In this document: positions 56,424 to 64,000 of the stretch, one piece after another | How the letters are laid out: each line of letters begins with the position of its first letter | Position numbering within the stretch: position 1 is the stretch's first letter | From: Abditibacterium sp. | GTDB lineage: Bacteria; Armatimonadota; Abditibacteriia; Abditibacteriales; Abditibacteriaceae | Assembly (NCBI GenBank): GCA_965246885.1 | Contig: OZ251992.1 | Coordinates: 1,024,001-1,088,000 of the forward strand | Reading direction: 5' to 3' | DNA length: 64,000 bases | Position numbers and translations under genes: made by a program | The notes under the pieces: generated by a model | Seen by the model: only the letters and a program-made list of their open reading frames with translations | The model's database searches: none | Told to the model about the DNA's origin: nothing

Positions 56424-56979
56424 TCGAGTTTTCCTTGGGATATGACTTCCCATATTTGTGGTTGTAGTATTTCCACTTCGCCGTCGTCCATGCGAGCGAT
56501 AGTGACGGAGACGGGTGGCGTGTTGTCAACGATTGTCCATCGGTCGGCCAACTCCGAATACAAATCGAAGAAGTTGGCGCGTCCGCGTTCGTAGCGGCGA
56601 CGGATAATGTCTTCGGGAATGTTGTGACCGCCGCTTTGAACGCGCTTAGCGACGCGCGCGACGGCTAAATCGGCGCTTTCGAGCCACACATAAATCAAGA
56701 TGAACCGATAGACCGCCGCTTTGCACCGCCGCACAAAGGGCGTGAGGGTGCGCGAGGCGAGTGTTGTTTCGAGCGCGAAATCGTCGCCAGCCGCCAAGCG
56801 TGCGTCCATTTCTTCGAGCATAACCCGGCCCGCCGCCCGCGCCGCGTCCACGGGCTAAGTCCCTGTGCGATCATATCCGCGTTGATGAAGTGTGTCACGC
56901 CCAAAGCCGGAAACACGCGCATGGCCGTCGTCGTTTTTCCCGCCCCGTTCGGGCCACCGATGATGTAAAGATCAGGCAT
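56420..56979 (-). pseudogene. Zeta-toxin-like P-loop ATPase/kinase, frameshifted near 56851
   Basis: One frame gives IIGGPNGAGKTT...FINADMIAQGLSP; another continues AAGR...FALETTLA...RVAKRVQSGGHNIP...VDN. Confidence 0.85.
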
Positions 56980-56987
56980 TGCGCCTT

Positions 56988-57245
56988 TTATTCTCCCCAA
57001 CTTTTGCGAATCAAACGGCGCGTAACGAAGAATCCGCCCACAAATATGGGCGCCACAACCCAACCGAGTTGCGTATCGGGGTTAGAAATGCCGAAGCGGT
57101 CGAAAAGCCAGAAGCAGACCGCAAAGTAGCCAACGAAAATTGGCCAAACAACAGCATCTGGGAGAATCGCGAGAACGCCCCAGAAGAAATTGATAAAGAA
57201 GTTGCTCTTGCGAGCGGGTGGTGTCGGGAGGTTTGGTTCTTTCAT
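56988..57245 (-). CDS. Small membrane protein
   Basis: ATG overlaps the ppa stop; two to three hydrophobic segments. Confidence 0.6.
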   Translation of the reverse strand: MKEPNLPTPPARKSNFFINFFWGVLAILPDAVVWPIFVGYFAVCFWLFDRFGISNPDTQLGWVVAPIFVGGFFVTRRLIRKSWGE

Positions 57246-57799
57246 GCTTCCTCTTGGACAAACGCCGCCACTGCGCGCTCCACTAACTCGTTCGCGTAAT
57301 CGCGTCCAAAGCGGCCCGTGACGCGGACATCGTGGCCCTCGAAGCGGTTGTAGCCGAGCAGGAAGTCCTCGATTTCGCGGAGCAATCGCTCGCTGAGGTC
57401 GCCGATGTCTTGAATTTCGCTCCAATGACTTCCGGCGCCCGCTTTGGTGACGGGCACGGCGAGCAGACGGTCGTTGGTTTGGCCGTTCTTGATGTAACCC
57501 AGCACGCCGACGAGCCGCGCCGCGACGAGACAGCCGGGGAAAGTGCCTTGCTCAATGAGAAGGCACACGTCAAGCGGGTCGCCGTCGTCGGCCAAGGTTT
57601 GCGGCACGAAGCCGAAGTCGCACGGCCACATTAGACCGGCAGGCAGAGTGCGCGACCACTCGAAAACGCCGTGTTCTTCGTTGAGGGCGAACTTGTGGCG
57701 CGCGCCCTTGGGCGTTTCGACGACGACGTTGAGCGCATACGGCGTGCGCGGCAGTTTATTGGTGGGCGCGAAGCGCGGGGGAATGGAGTGGAAGTGCAT
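57242..57799 (-). CDS. ppa: Family I inorganic pyrophosphatase (divergent)
   Basis: VETPKG, FGFVPQT, DGDPLD. Confidence 0.85.
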   Translation of the reverse strand: MHFHSIPPRFAPTNKLPRTPYALNVVVETPKGARHKFALNEEHGVFEWSRTLPAGLMWPCDFGFVPQTLADDGDPLDVCLLIEQGTFPGCLVAARLVGVLGYIKNGQTNDRLLAVPVTKAGAGSHWSEIQDIGDLSERLLREIEDFLLGYNRFEGHDVRVTGRFGRDYANELVERAVAAFVQEEA

Positions 57800-57805
57800 G
57801 GGAAG

Positions 57806-58744
57806 TTAAAAACGGAATTTCTGCACGCGGTCGTTGTTGGTGTCGGCTACATAAACCGTGCCGTCTTTGTCCACGCTCAGGCCCCAAGGGTTGGCGAACT
57901 GTCCCGGCAAGCGCCCCGGACTGCCCCAAGTGCCCAGCCATGTCTTGCCGTCGCTCGACCACTTCTGGACGCGGTGCAAAGAGTATTCGACGGTGTAGAT
58001 TAACCCCGCGCCATCCACCGCGACGCCGTAAGGGTAGGTGAGTTGCCCGTTTGCGCGGCCCCGCGTGGAAAACTGGCCTTTGTAAGCACCCGTTTGCTTG
58101 TCGAGAATTTGGATGCGGTGGTTGCCGATGTCGGCGACAAGCAGGTCGCCCGCTTTGGAAATGGCCAGCCCGCACGGGCGGCGGAATTGGCGCGGGCCTT
58201 CGCCGTGTCCCGGCCAAGAGGCAAGCAGCTTGCCGCCTTTTGTCCACTTGGAAACGCGGTCGAAAGTGCCGCCGTAATCCGAGCAATAAAGGTTGCCATC
58301 GCTGTCATGGGTGATGCCCGTCACGAGCAAGAACTGGCCCGCTCCTGTACCGTAGGAGCCGAACTGCGACTTGAGTTTGCCGGTCGGAGAATAGATGAGG
58401 ACGCGCGAAGCATGGGTGTTGGTAACGGCCAAGTCGCCGTCGGGTAGGTCGGTGATGCCTTCTGGCCCCTCGAAGCGCCCGTTGTGGAGGACGGGCGCGA
58501 CCCAGTTCTGCACGCAGTGGCCAGCTTTCGTCCACTTCGAGATGCGCGAAGCGCGGTCGGCGACGTACACGAAGCCGTCGCGCGCCACGACAATGGCGCG
58601 CGGCCCCTTGAACTGGCCCAGCTTCGCGCCCTGATTGCCCCACACCTGCGAAGGGGTTTGCGTCGGCGCACTCGGCGTGCGGTGACAGCCGCCCAGCAAC
58701 AGGCACCCCCCCAAGAGAAAGGCGCCAAGGAAGCCGCGCATCAC
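57806..58744 (-). CDS. NHL-repeat beta-propeller lipoprotein
   Basis: Lipobox-like LLGGC; repeats of GQFxxPxGxxxDxxGxxYVAD. Confidence 0.9.
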   Translation of the reverse strand: MMRGFLGAFLLGGCLLLGGCHRTPSAPTQTPSQVWGNQGAKLGQFKGPRAIVVARDGFVYVADRASRISKWTKAGHCVQNWVAPVLHNGRFEGPEGITDLPDGDLAVTNTHASRVLIYSPTGKLKSQFGSYGTGAGQFLLVTGITHDSDGNLYCSDYGGTFDRVSKWTKGGKLLASWPGHGEGPRQFRRPCGLAISKAGDLLVADIGNHRIQILDKQTGAYKGQFSTRGRANGQLTYPYGVAVDGAGLIYTVEYSLHRVQKWSSDGKTWLGTWGSPGRLPGQFANPWGLSVDKDGTVYVADTNNDRVQKFRF

Positions 58745-59400
58745 GCTTTCACCGCCTTAAGAATCCGAAAACCGGCGCGCATTTCGACGGTTTCGCACGC
58801 GCCAAACTGCGCTTCCAAACGTTTGGCCCACGATTTGGCGCCTTGCGCGGTGCGAATCACCGCCCACAATTGGCCGTTCCGTTTCAAGCAACGGTGCGCG
58901 CCCTCAAAAAGTGAGGCGATAACCGCGTTTCCGGCGCGGATGGGCGGGTTGCACGCGACGACATCAAAGACTTCGGAGCGGCACGCGCTCAGTCCGTCGG
59001 CGCACCACAGGGAGGCATTAGATATTTGGTTGCGTGCGAAATTGAGGGCCGCAACCTGAACGGCGCGCGGATTGACATCGAGGGCAAAGACAAAATGGTC
59101 GGGGTGCGTCTTCGCCCACAGCGCGCCGACGGCGCCCCAACCGCAGCCCAAATCACACACGCGGGCGGCGGGTGGAAAGTCGCCGTGCAAATGTAGTGTT
59201 TCTAACAGTAGACGGGAGCCTTCGTCGAGTTCCGCCCGCGAAAAGAGGCCCGCTCCCGTTAAGAATTGCAACCCTTGCCCCGCAAATTCGAGCGCCAAAA
59301 GCTGTTCTTTTTCCAAGTCGGCGGGCGAAAGCGGGGCCGTTTCGCGTGAAAAGTAGTGATTCGTTTTGGTGCGAGGCGGGAAGGGCGGAGCGGGCGTCAT
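58741..59400 (-). CDS. RsmC/MTS-family class I methyltransferase
   Basis: HYFS, GLFS...DEGSRLL, DLGCGWG, NPPIRAG, QGAKS. Confidence 0.88.
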   Translation of the reverse strand: MTPAPPFPPRTKTNHYFSRETAPLSPADLEKEQLLALEFAGQGLQFLTGAGLFSRAELDEGSRLLLETLHLHGDFPPAARVCDLGCGWGAVGALWAKTHPDHFVFALDVNPRAVQVAALNFARNQISNASLWCADGLSACRSEVFDVVACNPPIRAGNAVIASLFEGAHRCLKRNGQLWAVIRTAQGAKSWAKRLEAQFGACETVEMRAGFRILKAVKA

Positions 59401-59640
59401 TTTGATCTGAACAAGTGTGCGGGATGGGGGTTACAAAGCGGCGCGGATGTGATAAAGTGCCTCCTCATGTTTGGGGCACTCAATTTGCCTTGGCGCTTGG
59501 AAGAACAAAGCAGGGAGGCCGCGCGTCCCTTCCAACTGTTGAAACGCGGCGCCCTGTTGTGGTTAAAAGTGTTGGCCAGAGCACCCAAAGTGCGGCAGGC
59601 GCGTCTACAACCTTATTTGCAAGAACCACACAAGGACATA

Positions 59641-60396
59641 ATGAGCAAAGATTTAACTGTCCTGCTTGGCGGGTGGGACTATAACCCGAACGAAGTGACC
59701 GTGCGCCGCATCATCGGCATGGACGGACGCGAAAAGATACAAATGCGCCTCGATTTGGGCATCCTCCAAATGGAAACAAGCGGTCGCCCCGACGGGAAGC
59801 GGCCTCACGGCTTCGAGTCGCTCTTAGAATACCAACTCGCCCAGAAAGAGTTGGCCGACCAAGATTCCCTCGACCGATGGAGCGAATGGACGCTCGACGC
59901 CGAAGCGTGCGCCGACCTGAAACAAGAAGCGATGCAGTACTACTACCGCTACTTGTCCCTCTTCCATCTGGGCGATTACCGCGACGTCATGCGCGACACC
60001 TCGCGCAACATCGCCGTCTTCGACCTCATCCGCGACTGCGCCGAGGACGAGAACGACCGCATGTCCCTCGAACAGTTCCGGCCTTACGTCCTGATGATGA
60101 ACGCGCGCGCCAAAGCGTGCCTGTCGCTCGAAGAGAAGCGCTACGACCAAGCGATGAACATCATCGAAGAGGGCGTCGAGGCCATCCGGGGCTTCTTTCA
60201 CGATGTCGAGCGCGACGACCTGACCGAGTCGTGCCGCGAAATCCAGTTCCTCGAAGAGTGGCGCGAAAGGATCCAAAACAACCGCCCGCTCACCGCCGTT
60301 GACCGCATCCGCCGCGAACTGTCCCTCGCCGTCGCGTCCGAGGATTACGAGCGCGCCGCCGAACTGCGCGACCAACTGCGAGCCATCGTGGTTTAG
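59641..60396 (+). CDS. UvrB/UvrC motif-containing protein
   Basis: AAGGA RBS; IQMRLDLGILQME, GRPDG; C-terminal AVASEDYERAAELRDQL. Confidence 0.88.
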   Translation: MSKDLTVLLGGWDYNPNEVTVRRIIGMDGREKIQMRLDLGILQMETSGRPDGKRPHGFESLLEYQLAQKELADQDSLDRWSEWTLDAEACADLKQEAMQYYYRYLSLFHLGDYRDVMRDTSRNIAVFDLIRDCAEDENDRMSLEQFRPYVLMMNARAKACLSLEEKRYDQAMNIIEEGVEAIRGFFHDVERDDLTESCREIQFLEEWRERIQNNRPLTAVDRIRRELSLAVASEDYERAAELRDQLRAIVV

Positions 60397-60411
60397 TCGG
60401 CCCGCTAACGA

Positions 60412-60449
60412 CAAGCGCCCGATAGACACCGGTGTCCATCGGGCGCTTG
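60412..60449. terminator. Hairpin between convergent genes
   Basis: CAAGCGCCCGAT...ATCGGGCGCTTG. Confidence 0.7.
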
Positions 60450-60456
60450 CTTTCCT

Positions 60457-61443
60457 CTACCCCAACAACTCCCGATACCACGCGACGCTCTCCCCCAAAC
60501 CGCGCGCCAAGCTCCACTCTGGCGTCCAGCCAAGTTCCGCGTGGGCTTTGCTCGCATCAAGGCTTTGGTCTTTGATTTCGTTTGGGGCCTCGTTCAATAT
60601 CTTCGGCTCCAAGTCGGCCCGCCCACACGCGAGGGTGATTTGCCGCACTAAGTCCGCCACCGAAACAGGGGCGTTGTGGCCGAAGTTGAACGCTTGGCCC
60701 GCCAACTCGCGCTTCTGCGCCATTTGCTCCGCGAGCGAGACATACGCGCTCACGCCGTCGGCGACGTAGATATAGTCCCGTAAACTCTTGCCATCCGAGC
60801 GAATCACCGGCGTTTGACCGCGCAGGACGGAGCGGATGGTGCCGGGAACGATGCGATTCCAGTTCAAATCCCCCGGCCCATAAAAGTTGCCGCACCGCGT
60901 GACGGCGACGGGCGTGCCATAGGTGGCAAAATACGTTTGAGCGATGAGGTCGGCGCACGACTTCGAGACGGCGTACGGCTGACGCCCTTCCAAGCGCGCG
61001 CTCTCGGTGTACGGCAATTGCTCCTGTTCGCCGTAGGCTTTGTCGCTGGACGCGAGGATTATCTGCCGAACGTGCGGCAACGTGCGGCACGCTTCGAGCA
61101 GGCGCCACGTGCCGCCGATGTTCGTTTCAAACGTCGTCGTCGGATCGAGATTGGCGGGGCCAACGAGGGTCTGCGCGGCGAGATGAAACACCGTGTTCAC
61201 TTCATATTCCGCAAGGGAGCGGCGCAGTAAACTCTCGTCGCGGCAGTCGCCGCGCACTTCGATGGCGCGGCGTCCCAACCCTTCGCCCACCCACTGAGAG
61301 TGCGGGTTAGCATCCCTCACGAGCGCGACCACTGTCGCCCCCGCGTCCAACAGCGCGCGGCCCAAATGTCCGCCGAGCAAACCCGTCGCACCCGTCAGCA
61401 TCACGGGCCGGTCGCGCCAAAAATGCGAGTTCATGCGGGACAT
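60457..61443 (-). CDS. NAD-dependent NDP-sugar epimerase/dehydratase (CDP-glucose 4,6-dehydratase-like)
   Basis: [35 protein letters not shown]. Confidence 0.9.
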   Translation of the reverse strand: MSRMNSHFWRDRPVMLTGATGLLGGHLGRALLDAGATVVALVRDANPHSQWVGEGLGRRAIEVRGDCRDESLLRRSLAEYEVNTVFHLAAQTLVGPANLDPTTTFETNIGGTWRLLEACRTLPHVRQIILASSDKAYGEQEQLPYTESARLEGRQPYAVSKSCADLIAQTYFATYGTPVAVTRCGNFYGPGDLNWNRIVPGTIRSVLRGQTPVIRSDGKSLRDYIYVADGVSAYVSLAEQMAQKRELAGQAFNFGHNAPVSVADLVRQITLACGRADLEPKILNEAPNEIKDQSLDASKAHAELGWTPEWSLARGLGESVAWYRELLG

Positions 61444-61460
61444 AGTGTGAGCCACAAAAG

Positions 61461-61577
61461 AGTTTTAGCCACCGATGGACACGGAAAACACGGATGCAAG
61501 CGAGAGATTCCGAGAGATCATTTCCTCAATCCATCCGAAATCATCTGTGTCTTCTGTGTCCATCGGTGGATAAAACT
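61461..61577. repeat. Inverted-repeat element, AGTTTTAGCCACCGATGGACACGG family, copy 1
   Basis: Imperfect arms of about 36 bp at 61461-61496 and 61542-61577. Confidence 0.9.
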
Positions 61578-61580
61578 TCC

Positions 61581-62321
61581 TTAAAGCCTTCTGAGCCGAG
61601 TGCGCAGCATAAAAGCCGCCGTCTGACGGCCTGAGCGGAGCGCGATTTTCCACAATTTGCTCGAATGAAGCGAAACGACGCCGGTTTTGCGGTTCTCGTG
61701 GGGAACATTGCGGTTGGTGACGCGTCGGGTGTTCCTTCCGAACACCCCCGAAATTAGCAGGTTGGGCGCGAAGGTGTCGTCGGGGATGGCCGCCACAATC
61801 GGCGCCAGCTTGTTCGCCCTCATCAACCGATACGGCACGTTCACGTCGCGCACGCCGCGCCCAAACAGGAGGCGCACCACCACGCGCGACCCCGCCGATA
61901 ACACCTGCCGCCCCGCGTCCTGCTCGCGGTGCCAGCGCACCCCGAAAATCGCGTCGTAGCGTTCCCTCTGCTCCCAAAAGGCCGCGAAAGCGTCCGGTTG
62001 CATTTCATCGTCGGAGTCCACCTGAAACACCCAGTCGGCGCGCGCGACGGCTTCGCGGTAGCCCATTAGAATCGTTGGCCCGTGCCCGGAGTTCGCTTTG
62101 TTGACGACCGTCACGCGCGGGTCGTCCGCGAACTGCTCCAACACGCGCGCCGTATCGTCTTTGGAGCCGTCGTTGAGCACCAGCAATTCGGCGTTGATAT
62201 TTAGTTCATCGAATGTGTCGCGCCATTTCTCGACCACGCCCGCGATGCAGTCGGCCTCGTTATAAACCGGCATGACCAGTATCAGGTCGCGCCGCGCGCG
62301 GGTTTGGGGTTCGTTGAACAT
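61581..62321 (-). CDS. Glycosyltransferase family 2 (DPM/polyprenol-phosphate type)
   Basis: MPVYNE, NDGSKD, NSGHG, VDSD. Confidence 0.92.
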   Translation of the reverse strand: MFNEPQTRARRDLILVMPVYNEADCIAGVVEKWRDTFDELNINAELLVLNDGSKDDTARVLEQFADDPRVTVVNKANSGHGPTILMGYREAVARADWVFQVDSDDEMQPDAFAAFWEQRERYDAIFGVRWHREQDAGRQVLSAGSRVVVRLLFGRGVRDVNVPYRLMRANKLAPIVAAIPDDTFAPNLLISGVFGRNTRRVTNRNVPHENRKTGVVSLHSSKLWKIALRSGRQTAAFMLRTRLRRL

Positions 62322-62361
62322 TGGATGGAGCCAGTTTATTTTGACAGACGCGCCAGAATTC

Positions 62362-62480
62362 GAGTTTTAGCCACCGATGGACACGGAGAACGCGGATGGT
62401 TTTGGAGGATGGAAGAGGATGATCTTTAGAAACCTCTTTCTTTCATCCGTGTTCTCCGTGTCCATCGGTGGCTAAAACTC
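62362..62480. repeat. Inverted-repeat element, same family, copy 2
   Basis: 37-bp arms GAGTTTTAGCCACCGATGGACACGGAGAACGCGGATG with one mismatch. Confidence 0.92.
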
Positions 62481-62530
62481 TTAGCCGCGCGCGGGACTTA
62501 GTAAAATGCACGGTGCGATTTCAGACCCGT

Positions 62531-64000
62531 ATGCCGCGCCCTAAAACTCCCCTCGACCCGTTTGAACCGTTGGGCGACGACTTCGATGTGCCCGCGTTTG
62601 TCGTTCCCTCGCGCCCGCGCACCCCGTCGCGGCCCCCATCTGCTCGCGCGCCGCGTCCCACTGCCAACCGTCCCACTTCTCCGGCCAAGCGTCCATCCAC
62701 CAACACGCCCCGCGCGAACTTTCAATCGCCTGCCTCGCCGCCTCCCCAGCCTGCGCGCCCGAAAACGGCGCCACGCCTCGCGATGACGTGGACGCCGCCG
62801 CGCCGTTTTGCGCCGCGCGCAGTGCATTATCAAATCGCGGGAGTGGGGTTGCTCGCGCTGTCGGCTCTGCTCTTTTGGAACACGCTGGCGCCCTCGACGG
62901 ACGGGTTGCTCCCGCGCTATGGCGTATTGGCGTTGCGTGGCTTGTTCGGGGCAGGGGCGGTGCTTGTGCCGGTCGCGCTTGGCGCCTTCGGGTGGACGCT
63001 GATTGTCAAACGGCAACGCGCCCGCGCGGGAGCGTTTTGGCGCGGCGCGGGGTTGGCGTTGCTCGTGTTTCTAACACTCCGCGCGTTGCCCGTGCCGAGG
63101 GGCGGCGAGTTCGCGGGGGCCGAGGTGATGCGCGCGCATGGCGGCGTGGTCGGCGCGCTGTCGTCGTGGGTGTTGCGGCGCGTTCTGGGCGAAGTTGGAG
63201 CATATCTGGCGCTTGGCGCCATTGCCGTCGCTTCCCTCCTGTTGTGGAGCGAGCACACTTTGGGCGAACTGGGCGCTCTTGTCGGCAACAAGTGGAGCGA
63301 GTGGCGCGACACTTGGAAAGCGCAACGCGCGCAAAATACGAAGGAAAAGCGGCCCGACCGCTTCTATTCGCGCGACGAGCAGTTGGAACTGTGGCCGCCC
63401 GCACCGCGCGACGCGGACGGCTGGCCGCGCCCCGCTTCGCCCTCGCTCGCCGAAATTCGCGCCCGCAACGCCAAGCGCGCCGACGACGCTTCGCCGTTCC
63501 TGTCCGTTGGCGACTGGTTCCCCGCCAAGAGCGACACCCCGCCCTCTTCCGAGGAATTCCCTGTTTCTTCCGAAGAATTACCTGTTTCTTCCGAAGAATT
63601 ACCTCTGCCGAAGAAAGAAACACGTAATTCTTCGAGTGGCGCGCCTAATTCTTCCGACGGCGCAGCTAATTCCTCCGATGGCGCGCCCCCCGCGACCGAA
63701 GAATTAGCTGCGCCGACCGATGGCGCGGCTAATTCTTCGGTCGGCGCGGCCCGTTCCTCGGCTCCCGCGCACGCGGCGCCGCGCATCGAGATCATCCAAT
63801 CGCCGCCACCGGTTTCGGTTCTCGATTTGGAAGAACTGACCGCCGAAAAAGAACCCGTCTTTTCGCCGCAAGAACTTCTGGAGCAGCAAGCGTTGGAGTC
63901 GGCGGGCGACGGCTCGGAGTTGGACGCGCCGCGCCCGATTCGCATCGAAAAGCCGCGCCGACATTTTGGCGACGGGCCGCTCATGCCAGAGTATTTCGAT
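62531..64000 (+). CDS. ftsK: FtsK/SpoIIIE DNA translocase, N-terminal TM domain and linker (partial)
   Basis: Manual translation is open to the window end: Pro-rich head, TM block with LRGLFGAGA and GGVVGALSS, then an acidic/Pro linker. The motor domain is outside the window. Confidence 0.7.
   Translation, partial: MPRPKTPLDPFEPLGDDFDVPAFVVPSRPRTPSRPPSARAPRPTANRPTSPAKRPSTNTPRANFQSPASPPPQPARPKTAPRLAMTWTPPRRFAPRAVHYQIAGVGLLALSALLFWNTLAPSTDGLLPRYGVLALRGLFGAGAVLVPVALGAFGWTLIVKRQRARAGAFWRGAGLALLVFLTLRALPVPRGGEFAGAEVMRAHGGVVGALSSWVLRRVLGEVGAYLALGAIAVASLLLWSEHTLGELGALVGNKWSEWRDTWKAQRAQNTKEKRPDRFYSRDEQLELWPPAPRDADGWPRPASPSLAEIRARNAKRADDASPFLSVGDWFPAKSDTPPSSEEFPVSSEELPVSSEELPLPKKETRNSSSGAPNSSDGAANSSDGAPPATEELAAPTDGAANSSVGAARSSAPAHAAPRIEIIQSPPPVSVLDLEELTAEKEPVFSPQELLEQQALESAGDGSELDAPRPIRIEKPRRHFGDGPLMPEYFD
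63545..63751. repeat. 21-nt in-frame repeats (family B) within the FtsK linker
   Basis: TCTTCCGAAGAATTACCTGTT-like x3 (SSEELPV) and AATTCTTCCGACGGCGCAGCT-like x4 (NSSDGAA). Confidence 0.9.

Noticed and set aside
59356..59640. N-terminal extension of the UvrB/C-motif protein
   Set aside because: It overlaps the divergent methyltransferase start; the RBS and conserved sequence begin at ATG 59641.
61461..62480. GTTTTAG-starting repeats reminiscent of type II CRISPR repeats
   Set aside because: They are inverted pairs, not a direct repeat-spacer array, and no cas9 is present.

Overview
GC-rich bacterial chromosomal segment made mostly of housekeeping and metabolic genes. The gene mix (TamB/AsmA, VWA-GATase membrane protein, LacI and AraC/PhyH modules, UvrB/C-motif protein) suggests a diderm of the Abditibacteriota/Armatimonadota type, but this is inference only. 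Recognisable genes: ada (partial), mutT-like, gpmI, ridA, fabF-like KS plus truncated KS, fabG, a LacI sugar/amino-sugar locus with a nagB fusion, rsmG, clpS, an Rrf2-sat-JAB-cysM sulfur operon, two CNNM/CBS proteins, tamB, an ECF sigma, pheA, accD/accA, pgeF, prfB (programmed +1 frameshift), bioD, rpoZ, a divergent RpoD-like sigma, a tRNA(CAT), a frameshifted zeta-toxin-like ATPase, ppa, an NDP-sugar dehydratase, a GT2 and the 5' part of ftsK. No CRISPR array, integrase, transposase or phage genes were seen. The most unusual signal is non-coding: at least five families of small repeats. These are GTAG-type REP doublets; GCGACT-AGTCGC cloverleaf elements with complementary inner loops, including a 3x104-bp tandem array; a CCACCGATGGACACGG inverted-repeat family bracketing the GT2 gene; and two 21-nt-period families, one of which also lies in frame inside the FtsK linker. 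Other candidates are an RpoD paralog substituted at known promoter-specificity residues, an Ada lacking its first HTH, a KS/CLF-like pair with no ACP nearby, and a Mec/CysM sulfur operon lacking the CysO carrier. All protein calls come from motif recognition by eye, not from database searches.
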